Of a DNA stretch of 64,000 nucleotides, positions 28,851-39,117 are shown one piece after another (the first letter of the stretch is position 1; the number at the start of each line of letters is the position of its first letter). A program made the position numbers and the translations under genes. The DNA is taken from contig JAAFKI010000175.1 of the NCBI GenBank assembly GCA_021399345.1, forward strand, positions 35,233 to 99,232, in the 5' to 3' direction. The notes under the pieces were generated by a model, which was given only the letters and a program-made list of their open reading frames with translations, did not search any database and was not told where the DNA came from. The stretch is from Candidatus Heimdallarchaeota archaeon (GTDB lineage Archaea > Asgardarchaeota > Heimdallarchaeia > Heimdallarchaeales > Heimdallarchaeaceae).

Positions 28851-31800
28851 ATGGCCAAGAAAAAAGGTAAAGCAGACCCAAATAGTCGATGGGTTCTAGT
28901 AAATTCTATGTTTGACGAGTTAGGACTAGTTCGCCAACATTTAGATTCTTATAATGATTTCATTGAAAAAGGATTGCAATCTGTGATTAATGAAATTAAA
29001 GTTATTGAACCAGAAGATTCTGAATTTTATGTGAAACTTAAAAAAGTTGAGGTTGAGGAACCAACAATTAGAGAGGCGGACGGTTCCCAGAGTTCGATAT
29101 ATCCTATGGAAGCAAGAATTCGAAACCTTACTTATGCTTCAAGATTAAATCTTCACATGATCCCCATTAAAAAAGGTGGAGAAGATGGTGTGGAAACTCA
29201 ATTAGAAGAGATAAGTGTCTTCATTGGTTATCTTCCTATAATGTTAAAATCCAAAAGCTGCCAATTATACAATAGAGCTCCAGAATCTCTTGTTAAACTC
29301 GGTGAGGATCCTAAAGATCCAGGTGGTTATTTCTTAGTGAATGGAAGTGAAAGAGTGATAGTCACACAAGAAGATTTAGCTCCAAATAGAATTTTGATTG
29401 AAAAATCGTCAAGTAAAGGAAATGTGACTAGTGAAGCTAAAGTTTTCAGTGTAATTCATGGTTTTAGAGCACCCGTTACAGTAGAACATACCAGTGACGT
29501 TCAATTAAGAGTTAGTTTTCCAAGTATGCCAAGAAAGATATCGCTTATCTTGCTGATGAGAGCACTTGGTATTGACAGAGATGATATGATTGCAATGGCA
29601 ATAAGTCCTACACCTGAATTACGTGCTCGCGTAATGTCGATTTTAATGCGTGAATCCTCAGAAATTGATACTACTGAAGAGTCACTAGATTATATTGGAA
29701 AAAGAGTAGCTGTCGGACAAACTAAAGAATATCGTATCAACAGAGCCATGCAAGTTTTGGATAAATATTTATTACCTCATCTCGGAAGTGACACAGAATC
29801 ACGATTAAAGAAAGCATTCTTCCTCGCTAGGATGGCTCAAAGACTTCTTGAATTAGAAGCTGGTATCAGACCCGAAGATGATAAAGATCACTATGCAAAT
29901 AAACGATTAAAACTAGCAGGTGATCTTTTGTTAATGCTGTATCGAGTTGCCTTTCACGCTCTTTGTAGAGATATTAAGTATCAATTAGAACGAGTTACTG
30001 TCAGAGGTAGAAAACCAAATCTTAAAACCGCTGTTCGTGCAGATTTAATTACAGAAAGATTGCGTCATGCATTAGCTACAGGAAATTGGACTGGAGGAAA
30101 ATCAGGAGTAAGCCAACTTCTAGATAGAACAAACTATATGTCAGCCTTAAGTCATCTACGAAGGGTGGTAAGTCCTCTCAGTAGAAGTCAACCTCACTTC
30201 GAAGCAAGAGATCTTCATCCAACTCATTTTGGTAAAATATGTCCAAATGAAACACCAGAAGGACCAAATTGTGGTCTTGTAAAGAATCTCGCACTTCAAG
30301 CATATATTAGTGTAGGTTTGAATAGTAAGGATGTTGAGAAAAAACTTGTTGATGGTTTAGAATTAAATAAAATTAAACCTGCAGATTTAGTTGAATCTAG
30401 CTCTGACCTCGCTAAGAAAGTTGCTGATCCAAATTACTGTAAGGTTTTCTTAAATGGAAGTTTTCTAGGGGTAGTTCAAAACGGTGAAGAGTTCAACAAT
30501 AAAGCAATAGAAAAACGAAGAACAGGTGACTTTCATCATGAAGTTAATGTTTCTTATTATCTGGATACCAATGAGATAATGGTTAACTGTGATGCAGGTA
30601 GAGTTCGTCGACCTCTGATTATTGTCAAAGAGGGAGAACCACAGCTTACCAAAGAAAAGTTCAACTTGATTAAAAGTGGTAAATGGACATGGAGTGATTT
30701 GATAAGAAATCAAATTGTTGAGTATGTTGATGCAGAAGAAGAAGAAAATCTATATATTGCAATAGATGAAGATGCTTTGAATCCTGAAATTACTCATATG
30801 GAAATTACTCCAAGTACCATCCTTGGGATATGTGCTTCGTTAATTCCATTCCCTGAGCATAATCGTTCTGATCGTAACGTCTATGAAGCAGGAATGGCAA
30901 AACAAGCACTTGGAATCTTTTCTGCTAATTTTAGATATCGTATGGATACCAGAGCACATGTTCTGCATTATCCACAAAAACCTTTAGTTAAAACTCATGG
31001 TATGGATTCTATTGGATTTGAAAGCCGTCCAGCAGGACAAAACTTTATTGTTGCTGTGTTATCTTATGAAGGATATAATATGGAAGATGCCCTCCTAATA
31101 AACAAGGCAGCTATTGAAAGAGGATTAGGGAGAAGCACTTTCTATAGAACCTACGATGCAGAAGAAAGAAAGTATCCAAATGGTCAAGAGGACACTTTTG
31201 AAATTCCTGATGATACAGTAAGAGGTTACAAAGATGAATCTCAATATGTTCATCTAGGAGAAGATGGAATCATAGAACCAGAAATTGCTGTTGATGGACA
31301 CAGAGGAGAAGTTTTAATTGGTAGGACCAGTCCTCCAAGATTTTTGGAAGAGTATACTGAATTTGATGTCCCACCTCAAAATAGAAGAGAAACAAGTAAA
31401 GCCATGAGACATGGTGAGAATGGTTTATCTGATACGGTTGTGCTAACTGATACAAATGAAGGAAATAGACTTGTAAAAGTTAAAGTTCGATCAGAGAGAA
31501 TTCCAGAAATAGGCGATAAATTTGCCTCAAGACATGGACAGAAGGGTGTTATTGGTTTAATTATTCCTCAAGAAGATATGCCTTTCACTGAATCAGGTGT
31601 TGTTCCCGATATAATCATTAATCCTCATGCAGTTCCTTCAAGAATGACAATTGGAATGTTAATGGAATTACTAGCCGGAAAAGTAGCCGCTTATGCAGGA
31701 GAAGCAATATATGGTACTGCATTTAATAAAACTAGCTTAACAGATTTGCACAATACTCTAAAGGTTCAAGGCATGCACCCACTTGGTAGGGAAGTGATGT

Positions 31801-32249
31801 ATGATGGTAAAACAGGCAGAAGACTAGAAGGAACTATCTTTGTAGGATCTCAATTCTATCAAAAACTTCACCATCTAGTGCAAGATAAAATCCATGCTCG
31901 AGCTCGCGGTCCAATTCAAATGCTTACAAGGCAACCAACTGAAGGAAGAGCCAGAGAAGGAGGGTTAAGGTTCGGTGAAATGGAAAGAGATTGTCTTATA
32001 GGACATGGAACATCTATTTTGCTTAAGGAAAGATTACTTGATGAGTCTGATAAAACAGATGCGTTAATCTGCTCCAAATGCGGATTCTTAGCTATGTATG
32101 ACAGAAACAAAGACAGATATCATTGTCCAATATGCAGAGAAGAAACTACTGTTTCGAAAGTAGTTATCAGTTATGCGTTTAAACTACTATTGCAAGAATT
32201 AATGAGTCTAGGAATTGCACCTCACATCGAACTTGAAGATATTGCTTAA
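28851..32249 (+). CDS. rpoB: DNA-directed RNA polymerase subunit B (Rpo2), unsplit
   Basis: RQHLDSYN, DPGGYF.VNGSE, DDKDHYANKR, ETPEG.NCGLVKN, GDKFASRHGQKG, GGLRFGEMERD. Confidence 0.99.
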   Translation: MAKKKGKADPNSRWVLVNSMFDELGLVRQHLDSYNDFIEKGLQSVINEIKVIEPEDSEFYVKLKKVEVEEPTIREADGSQSSIYPMEARIRNLTYASRLNLHMIPIKKGGEDGVETQLEEISVFIGYLPIMLKSKSCQLYNRAPESLVKLGEDPKDPGGYFLVNGSERVIVTQEDLAPNRILIEKSSSKGNVTSEAKVFSVIHGFRAPVTVEHTSDVQLRVSFPSMPRKISLILLMRALGIDRDDMIAMAISPTPELRARVMSILMRESSEIDTTEESLDYIGKRVAVGQTKEYRINRAMQVLDKYLLPHLGSDTESRLKKAFFLARMAQRLLELEAGIRPEDDKDHYANKRLKLAGDLLLMLYRVAFHALCRDIKYQLERVTVRGRKPNLKTAVRADLITERLRHALATGNWTGGKSGVSQLLDRTNYMSALSHLRRVVSPLSRSQPHFEARDLHPTHFGKICPNETPEGPNCGLVKNLALQAYISVGLNSKDVEKKLVDGLELNKIKPADLVESSSDLAKKVADPNYCKVFLNGSFLGVVQNGEEFNNKAIEKRRTGDFHHEVNVSYYLDTNEIMVNCDAGRVRRPLIIVKEGEPQLTKEKFNLIKSGKWTWSDLIRNQIVEYVDAEEEENLYIAIDEDALNPEITHMEITPSTILGICASLIPFPEHNRSDRNVYEAGMAKQALGIFSANFRYRMDTRAHVLHYPQKPLVKTHGMDSIGFESRPAGQNFIVAVLSYEGYNMEDALLINKAAIERGLGRSTFYRTYDAEERKYPNGQEDTFEIPDDTVRGYKDESQYVHLGEDGIIEPEIAVDGHRGEVLIGRTSPPRFLEEYTEFDVPPQNRRETSKAMRHGENGLSDTVVLTDTNEGNRLVKVKVRSERIPEIGDKFASRHGQKGVIGLIIPQEDMPFTESGVVPDIIINPHAVPSRMTIGMLMELLAGKVAAYAGEAIYGTAFNKTSLTDLHNTLKVQGMHPLGREVMYDGKTGRRLEGTIFVGSQFYQKLHHLVQDKIHARARGPIQMLTRQPTEGRAREGGLRFGEMERDCLIGHGTSILLKERLLDESDKTDALICSKCGFLAMYDRNKDRYHCPICREETTVSKVVISYAFKLLLQELMSLGIAPHIELEDIA

Positions 32250-32284
32250 CAATTTCTTTCACTCTATTCTTTTTATTTTTGAAG

Positions 32285-32692
32285 TTACTCAGAGATTTTG
32301 TTTTTTATTATCTGATTATAATCCTCATTAGAGATTTTTTTAAGATTATAATGCTGTAACTCTTCTCCAATTACTTTAGCTAATAAGTGATAACATGGCG
32401 TTTTTTCTCCTCTACTCAAAACTCGGATTTGAAAATCCTTGCATTCACAATAGTTGTTATCAATCAAGATATAGTTTCCACCTTTTCCTTCAATTTCCCA
32501 TATGGCAATTCTTTCATTAAGAATTAATTTGTGGAGTCTATTTTCTCGTAGAGCTTTCACTGCTTTTTCACCCCGAGATTCAAAAAGCGAGATAATTTCA
32601 TTTTCTGTAATTTCAGATAATGTTCCCTCTTCTTTTATTAACTTAATCAGTTTAACTAATTTTTCATTATCTGATAATGATGGATTTATCAT
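32285..32692 (-). CDS. SWIM zinc-finger protein
   Basis: CECKDF...PCYHLLA. Confidence 0.8.
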   Translation of the reverse strand: MINPSLSDNEKLVKLIKLIKEEGTLSEITENEIISLFESRGEKAVKALRENRLHKLILNERIAIWEIEGKGGNYILIDNNYCECKDFQIRVLSRGEKTPCYHLLAKVIGEELQHYNLKKISNEDYNQIIKNKISE

Positions 32693-32789
32693 GTAATCAC
32701 AATCTTCAATATCTTGTCTATTGAATATGCTACTTTAATTTTTTCTAAAAATCTTAGAAGAAAATAGATTTTTGAAGAAATTTAACCAT

Positions 32790-33224
32790 TTATTGCTTGA
32801 TCATAACATCAACGATGTCAAATTGTCGGAGAACCAGATTTTTTACTTTGTTTATGTTTTTTCCACTTCTTCCAATTGCTCTTCCTTTATCCTTGTTATC
32901 AACTTCAACTGTAGCAGCTTTTCCATTTCTTCTATCCAAAAATGTTACTTCTCTTATGATGATTGGTAAGAAACAATTTCTAATGAATTTAGCAGGATCT
33001 GATGAATGCTCAATGATTTCTACATCCTTTGCAATCATTTCCTTTAACTTGTTTATGTTCATTCCACGCTTCCCAATTGCTAGTCCAGCTTGTCCCCCAG
33101 AAACAACAAAGACGACTTTGTTATCTTCTTCATCAACAATACAATCTTTTATGGTTACGTTAACGATTCCTTGAAGTATAGTAATATATTGCATTTCTGT
33201 TTGTGATAGTTTAACTGCAGGCAT
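32790..33224 (-). CDS. nusA: archaeal NusA (KH domains)
   Basis: AIGKRG.NI, VEIIEHS, GRAIGRSGKNI. Confidence 0.93.
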   Translation of the reverse strand: MPAVKLSQTEMQYITILQGIVNVTIKDCIVDEEDNKVVFVVSGGQAGLAIGKRGMNINKLKEMIAKDVEIIEHSSDPAKFIRNCFLPIIIREVTFLDRRNGKAATVEVDNKDKGRAIGRSGKNINKVKNLVLRQFDIVDVMIKQ

Positions 33225-33332
33225 TTTATTTCATCCATATCTTAAAGTCATATTTTTGTATTTATTGACATAAATCTATCTTGATAAGAGTTGTTCCTTT
33301 TTCTTCGCGATTCAAGTAATCTTTATAGTTTG

Positions 33333-33358
33333 AATGTTTAAAAGTCTATTTAAACATT
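33333..33358. promoter_or_regulatory. 10-bp inverted repeat with TTTAAA cores between rpl30e and nusA
   Basis: aatgtttaaa-agtcta-tttaaacatt. Confidence 0.4.
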
Positions 33359-33391
33359 AGTTGGATACAGTTTTACAATACTCACTTGTAT

Positions 33392-33694
33392 TTATTTCTT
33401 TTTAATCGCCTTGAGTATATCACTGTCTCCCATTTCATATATAGTTAAAGCTGCAACAAAGTGTGGTCTTCCACAAATTGCACCTAAATCTAATGAAGAA
33501 CCTGTGAATTCTAAAATAGGTATTTCAGAAAGATTTGCATACCTATATACATCCTCTTTAACTTTTTGAGGAGCGTTGTTTGATAATATTACCAATTTAG
33601 CTTGTTTGTTTAATAGTGCGTTATTTGCAGTGTCTGCACCATAAGAAACTTTTCCAGTATCTACTGCGATTCTAATGCTTCTGTTGAGGTCCAT
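33392..33694 (-). CDS. rpl30e: 50S ribosomal protein eL30
   Basis: AVDTGKV..G, AKLVILS.NAP, DLG..CGRPH, GDSDI; AGGTGA SD. Confidence 0.96.
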   Translation of the reverse strand: MDLNRSIRIAVDTGKVSYGADTANNALLNKQAKLVILSNNAPQKVKEDVYRYANLSEIPILEFTGSSLDLGAICGRPHFVAALTIYEMGDSDILKAIKKK

Positions 33695-33788
33695 AAATTC
33701 ATCACCTTTCTTTTGCTTGAAGCTGTCTTTCTACTTAAATTATTAAATATTTGCACTTTTGAGTTTTATTTATTATATGTTTTTTAGA

Positions 33789-34679
33789 TTAGATTTCAAA
33801 TGCTCCTGAAAACAAAACATCCCATGCTTTGCTCCAACGTTCAGGATGGGCAACGTCTATCCAGAATACATTCTTGGGGCAGAGATATGCCTTTACTTTG
33901 TTATCGTCAATCAAATGTGGTAAAGTATCTCCTGAAATCGATTTTCCTTCTGAATCAGACAAATAATCCATTATTTGTGGTTCAAAAACATAAATTCCCG
34001 TATTTATATAACCACTTTGCTGTGATTTCGTGGGCGGTTCCTCAAATCTTGTTACTAGTTTATTAATTATATCATCTATGTAGAACACCCCATAATCGGA
34101 AAAAAGCCCTTTATCTGCAGTTTTTCCCATAGTCTGATAATAATCATTTACCCCAATCCCACAAACAGTAGCTATTACATCCTTTTTGTGGTTCTTGTGA
34201 TAATCAATCAAACTTACTAGATTTATATCAGTTAGAATATCAGAATTCATGACAATAAATGTATCAGAAACGAGATTCCGAGCATTATATATTGCCCCCG
34301 CTGTATCCAAGTTTGTAGACTCACTCACATAACTTATATCCAATCCATTCCATTTTTGACCAAAGTGTTTCATAATTCTATCACCTAATTTTCCTATCAG
34401 TAGGACAATATCAGTAATTCCACTTTTGGCAATTAATTCAAGATTGTATTCAAGTAATGGTCTGTAACCCACAGGAATCATTGCTTTGGGAATGGTTTCT
34501 GTTAATGGTTTTAGACGAGCTCCTTCACCACCAGCCAAAATTAAAACCTTGTTCTTTCTTAACTCAAATTCTTTTTCTATTAATCTGACTAAGAAGTCTT
34601 TTATCGAGCCAGCTCCTTTCTTATCCTGAATAGCTTTCCATATACTTTCAGGAAATTCAACAGTAAATTTATGAACCAT
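33789..34679 (-). CDS. sugar-phosphate nucleotidyltransferase-fold protein with N-terminal RHH-like segment
   Basis: ILAGGEGARLKPLT..IPK, DTAGA, MNSDIL, INTGIY, WIDV; N-terminal HKFTVEFPESIW...SIKDFL..LI. Confidence 0.8.
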   Translation of the reverse strand: MVHKFTVEFPESIWKAIQDKKGAGSIKDFLVRLIEKEFELRKNKVLILAGGEGARLKPLTETIPKAMIPVGYRPLLEYNLELIAKSGITDIVLLIGKLGDRIMKHFGQKWNGLDISYVSESTNLDTAGAIYNARNLVSDTFIVMNSDILTDINLVSLIDYHKNHKKDVIATVCGIGVNDYYQTMGKTADKGLFSDYGVFYIDDIINKLVTRFEEPPTKSQQSGYINTGIYVFEPQIMDYLSDSEGKSISGDTLPHLIDDNKVKAYLCPKNVFWIDVAHPERWSKAWDVLFSGAFEI

Positions 34680-34851
34680 TGCTTGCCACCTTTCTAGTAA
34701 ATTCTTTATGTAGCTCATTTAGTTTATTATTCTTTTTTAGTTTTCCCTATAGATAATAGCATTCAAATCTGATGAAGGATACTTTTATAATCATTGGAAT
34801 TTTCTATTTCTCAAATTTGACTAGATTGTTCAAAAAAGATAGGTGAAATAG

Positions 34852-35955
34852 CTGTCTAACAGGATTTCTATTACTAAACATGCACTTGATCGGATAAAGA
34901 GGCATCAGGAAATTGCTGATAAATATAACCTAAATATAGATCAAATTCTTGATCTTAGTTTAGGTGATAATCTCTTTGTTCCTCCCGCCCTTGTTCAGAA
35001 AATCATTACAAATACCATTCAATCAATAGATCCAAGAGATAGTTATCCAATTAATTATTTCTCCTTCATTGAAGAGATTTCACGTTTTGCTGGTGTTGAA
35101 GTATCAGCAATTTATCCAGGATTAACTCACACCCAACTTCTACAAAGAATGATTTCAATTACAACAAAACCAAAAAATGATATCATTCTATTAGCTCCTG
35201 ATAAGGAAATTTATGATGTAATTGCTCAAAATCAGAAGCTTAATGTTCAAAGAATTAGCTTAATGGACAACTTTGAACTAGATATAAATGCAATAATTGA
35301 ACTAGCAGAAAAGACATCTCCAAAAGCAATTATTTTTTCCTCACCACATTATCCTACTGCAAACCAATTTGACGAAGGCGACGTTTTAACTCTAGCAAGA
35401 GAACTTAAAATTCCCATAATAGTTGATGAATCTTATGTTGAATTTGGAAAATACAGTTTGATAAATCAGGTGCAGTACTTTGATAATTTAACTGTAATTA
35501 GGTCTTTTGCCAAAGCATGGGGATTGGGGGCAACTTCTTCTGCATATCTGATATCTGATCCAAAGTATATTAATTTACTAAAAGAAAATTACTTCATCGA
35601 AGAAATCCCACCAATTCATATTTTAGCCACAACACATATTTTACAAGCACCTTATAAGTTCGTAGAATTGATAAATAACTTCATCGTTGAAAGAAAACGA
35701 GTAATAGAACACTTGAAAATACTCAGTGGGTTAAAGGTTTCTCGAAGCGACACAAATTTTCTATTTATACGCTATAAGAATGAAATAAGCGAGCTGTATG
35801 AACAACTCTGCAGTAAAGGCATAATTGTTCAGACTTTTGATAATAATCAATCTTTCAAAGATAAGGAAAAATCTATTCTTGTTACTCTAGGTGATACAGC
35901 TACAAATGAAAGATTCATTTTAGCTGCAATAGAAGCTTTAGAAACTATGCTTTAA
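34852..35955 (+). CDS. HisC/CobD-like fold-type-I PLP protein (divergent), probable CTG start
   Basis: Frame is open from CTG 34852 (in-frame TAG directly before) with AGGTGA at 34841-34846; VDESY.EF, RSFAKAWG, TNF motifs. Confidence 0.8.
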   Translation: MSNRISITKHALDRIKRHQEIADKYNLNIDQILDLSLGDNLFVPPALVQKIITNTIQSIDPRDSYPINYFSFIEEISRFAGVEVSAIYPGLTHTQLLQRMISITTKPKNDIILLAPDKEIYDVIAQNQKLNVQRISLMDNFELDINAIIELAEKTSPKAIIFSSPHYPTANQFDEGDVLTLARELKIPIIVDESYVEFGKYSLINQVQYFDNLTVIRSFAKAWGLGATSSAYLISDPKYINLLKENYFIEEIPPIHILATTHILQAPYKFVELINNFIVERKRVIEHLKILSGLKVSRSDTNFLFIRYKNEISELYEQLCSKGIIVQTFDNNQSFKDKEKSILVTLGDTATNERFILAAIEALETML

Positions 35956-35978
35956 AAGCAAAAAATTATTTTTGTTCC

Positions 35979-36506
35979 TTATTTTTTCTTGTAATAGCGT
36001 TTTGTAGGACTACCACAATCAGGACAACCATCCACTTTATGCTTAAATTTACTTCCGCAAACAGTACATTTCCAGAAGTATTCACGTTGATGTTTTATCT
36101 TGAATTGGAAAGATTGAAATTTCACATTCAACTTATTACAAACATTTTGAACAGCATTATCATCGCTGAGAACTACACTATTGGAGTAGTCTTGTGATAA
36201 GGCAATTACATTTAAATCAGTTTTTGATAATGAAGAATAATCACCAGATTCTTTAGCAGAATTAGTTACCGAAGAAACAGAGGATTCTGTTGGAGTAGCA
36301 AAAACAATTTGTCTTTCTTCGCTCAACAATGCCAAACTCGATTTAGCTTGAAAAGATACAATCTCTTCTTTGAGTATCTCAGGAATTATCAAAACTTCAT
36401 TATCATCAATTTTTCTTTCAAAAATAAAATGATGAATAATAGCTGTTGAATCAACTATGAAATATTGGGAGTTTTTTTCCTGTCTATGCTCAGTCATCTG
36501 AATCAT
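35979..36506 (-). CDS. nob1: Nob1-like PIN endonuclease with Zn ribbon
   Basis: VDSTA, A..SGD...LS.TD, SDD.AVQNV, CTVC...CPDCGS; TGATG coupling to the NAD kinase gene. Confidence 0.9.
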   Translation of the reverse strand: MIQMTEHRQEKNSQYFIVDSTAIIHHFIFERKIDDNEVLIIPEILKEEIVSFQAKSSLALLSEERQIVFATPTESSVSSVTNSAKESGDYSSLSKTDLNVIALSQDYSNSVVLSDDNAVQNVCNKLNVKFQSFQFKIKHQREYFWKCTVCGSKFKHKVDGCPDCGSPTKRYYKKK

Positions 36507-37345
36507 CAGAGGTTAAATCTTAGTAGTTTTTCCCTCACACGAGGAATATAATTATCAGTAAATCTTATAAAACTTATTTTTTCAGAAGACTTCCTTATCT
36601 CTATAAATTCCTTATATCCTAAACTGAAGTAAGTCCTTCCATCAATCACGACACTGCCAGACCTGTATTTACTTAGATTTGTTACTTTGATTGTAGATTC
36701 CAAAGAAAATACTATGGGTACAATGCTTCTTGAAATCGGACAAATTGGTACTAAAGTAATAGATTCTATTGAAGGAACAATCAGAGAACCACCAGCAGAT
36801 AAACTATAGGCGCTAGAACCTGTACTTGTAGCAATTATAAGCCCATCACTATTCAAGGTGTAAAGGAATTGATCATCTATATGTACCCCCAATGTGATAA
36901 CATGTCCTATTTTGTCAGAGGTAACAATAGCATCATTTGCTGCGGGAACAGTTGGAGAATTTTCTGAAGAAATATCTATAGTATAATAATCTTCAATGAA
37001 ATATTCTTTATTTTCAAGCTTCACTAAAGCTTCATCTAACTCTTCTGGCTGTATTTCTGTAAGAAAGCCCACTTTCCCACAGTTTACTCCAAAGATTGGA
37101 CTATTTTTCCAAGTTGCAAATGTTTTTAGAATTGTTCCATCACCACCAAAAACAAAAATCATGTCTACTTTTGTATTAGGGCACGAATGTTCGGGAGAAC
37201 CTTCCTTCTTAGTGAGAAATGTATCTAGATACACAGTATAACCTTGATTCTTCAGCTTCTCAAATAACTTAAGTGCTGATTTTTGAGCATTATCAAGACT
37301 TGAACTAGTTATTAGTAGGCATGAATCTTTGGAAAATAATCTCAT
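36506..37345 (-). CDS. nadK: NAD kinase
   Basis: GGDGTIL, GVN.G.VGFL, DGLIIAT.TGSSAYSLSAGG. Confidence 0.93.
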   Translation of the reverse strand: MRLFSKDSCLLITSSSLDNAQKSALKLFEKLKNQGYTVYLDTFLTKKEGSPEHSCPNTKVDMIFVFGGDGTILKTFATWKNSPIFGVNCGKVGFLTEIQPEELDEALVKLENKEYFIEDYYTIDISSENSPTVPAANDAIVTSDKIGHVITLGVHIDDQFLYTLNSDGLIIATSTGSSAYSLSAGGSLIVPSIESITLVPICPISRSIVPIVFSLESTIKVTNLSKYRSGSVVIDGRTYFSLGYKEFIEIRKSSEKISFIRFTDNYIPRVREKLLRFNL

Positions 37346-37386
37346 CTTATGGTTGAAATTGAATAGAAATTAAAAAAGGTTCGGTA

Positions 37387-38574
37387 TTACCTTTTTGGTT
37401 TATTAGCCTTAGCAATAAAATATCCCAATGTAGTTTGTTCTCCTGGAATAAACCTTTGAACAGGATATGTTGTATTTTCAACTATTGAACCCGAGTTGGG
37501 TAAAGTATATTGTTGCTCTACAATCTTCAACCTTAATTCCTCGCTAGCATAATCAATAACTTCTTCATTTTCCTCTTTTGTGATAGTACAAGTTGAATAA
37601 ACCAACGCGCCACCTGGTTTTAATAAATCATTGCAGGAATGCAGAATTGCTTTTTGGTACATTGCCGTTGCTTTGATAGTTTTTCTGTCTGTTTCTAGTA
37701 GCAATCTAGGTCTTAATCCTAAGGAGGTACAGGGCGGATCGATTAAGATTTTATCAAATTTCATAGACCAGCTTCTACTGAAACTAATTATATCTCCTAC
37801 TTTTGTCTGAATGTTTTTTAGTTTATATTTCTCTATTTTCTTGTTTAGTTTCTGTATTCTGTTCTTTGATCTATCTATTGCAACAATCATTGCTTCACTT
37901 TTTGAAAGTTCATCGAGATGAATTGTTTTGTTACCAGGTGCTGCGCAACAATCAAGAATTTTTTCATTTGGTTTTGGTTCCAGATTCATACTGGTTAAAT
38001 AAGCCGGTAAGCTTTGAAAATATGCAGGAAAATCATCTAAACCTACCTGTTGAAGGTTTGGAACCTTGAACGGAGAAATCAGATTCCTTGCTGCAACTCC
38101 TTTCCCTTTAACCAACATGTCATGATGATTTAGCAAAGCCTTAGCTTTTGCTACAGGAATTTTTACTTGATTCAGTACCTTAACTATATCATCCACCCTT
38201 ACTTTATTTGCCCTTTTAACTCCAGGAATAAAAATATCAGATCCTTGATAGATCATCTCCGCTGCACGATTATCAACAACAATCTCTTTCGTATTTTCTT
38301 CAAATTCCAAAGGAAATGGTCCTTTTGGTTTCGTTACTATTACATTGGAGAACTTGCTATGTATTTTGGTTTCATATCCAATCTGTTCAAAATTGTCTAC
38401 TATTCTCTCTATCATATCATACTTCTGAAAAACATGAAGTGTGTATTCTTCCATGGGTGTAGATATTTTTTTGAAATATTTATTGGCTAAAACACCACCA
38501 AAGAGTTCTTCAACATATTCCCTGAACTCTTTCCCGATTATCCTTTCATTGGAATGCAAATGAGAATATGTCAA
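37387..38574 (-). CDS. RsmB/NOP2-family m5C RNA methyltransferase with PUA domain (NSUN6-like)
   Basis: PUA segment G.DIFIPGV, LDCCAAPGNKT, DPPCT..G.RP, LVYSTCT...EENE. Confidence 0.9.
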   Translation of the reverse strand: MTYSHLHSNERIIGKEFREYVEELFGGVLANKYFKKISTPMEEYTLHVFQKYDMIERIVDNFEQIGYETKIHSKFSNVIVTKPKGPFPLEFEENTKEIVVDNRAAEMIYQGSDIFIPGVKRANKVRVDDIVKVLNQVKIPVAKAKALLNHHDMLVKGKGVAARNLISPFKVPNLQQVGLDDFPAYFQSLPAYLTSMNLEPKPNEKILDCCAAPGNKTIHLDELSKSEAMIVAIDRSKNRIQKLNKKIEKYKLKNIQTKVGDIISFSRSWSMKFDKILIDPPCTSLGLRPRLLLETDRKTIKATAMYQKAILHSCNDLLKPGGALVYSTCTITKEENEEVIDYASEELRLKIVEQQYTLPNSGSIVENTTYPVQRFIPGEQTTLGYFIAKANKPKR

Positions 38575-38583
38575 TTCTTTCCC

Positions 38584-39078
38584 CTAATCTAGTGAATGAA
38601 ACTCAGCTTTACGTGTTTCTGTATCAAGAATTACCACTGTTGGATGATCATATAAATCAAAAGTTTCCCCAGGATTTATTATTATGGTTTTCCCGACTTT
38701 CTTCAAAAGCTTCTTATGGGTATGTCCTGTTATTACATAGTCATAAGGGTCTTTTGAATAAATTAGTGAGTTAAGTACAAGTTCTTCTGTGCCATGATAG
38801 AGAGCAAATTTTTTTTCATCTAAACTGAATTCACCTATTTCTGGATAAAAAAATCCTACTTCTTTCATCATTCCTGATATGACAGCTGTATCACCTTTAT
38901 TGTTCCCCGAACAGAGATAGAATCTACCTTTGTATTCTTCAAACATTTTTACACAAAATGGGGAAACTAAATCTCCAGCATGAATTACTGTTTCTATTTC
39001 TTTTTTTTCAAAAAGCTCTAGGGCTTTTCTTATATTTGGTCGATGATCATGGCTATCACTCATGATTCCTATTTTCAT
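38584..39078 (-). CDS. YfcE/MJ0936-family metallophosphoesterase
   Basis: SDSH, HAGD, GNN, YHG, GHTH, INPG. Confidence 0.92.
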   Translation of the reverse strand: MKIGIMSDSHDHRPNIRKALELFEKKEIETVIHAGDLVSPFCVKMFEEYKGRFYLCSGNNKGDTAVISGMMKEVGFFYPEIGEFSLDEKKFALYHGTEELVLNSLIYSKDPYDYVITGHTHKKLLKKVGKTIIINPGETFDLYDHPTVVILDTETRKAEFHSLD

Positions 39079-39117
39079 AATTTACACCTGTGTTTTTGAT
39101 AAAATTGATTACCACTT

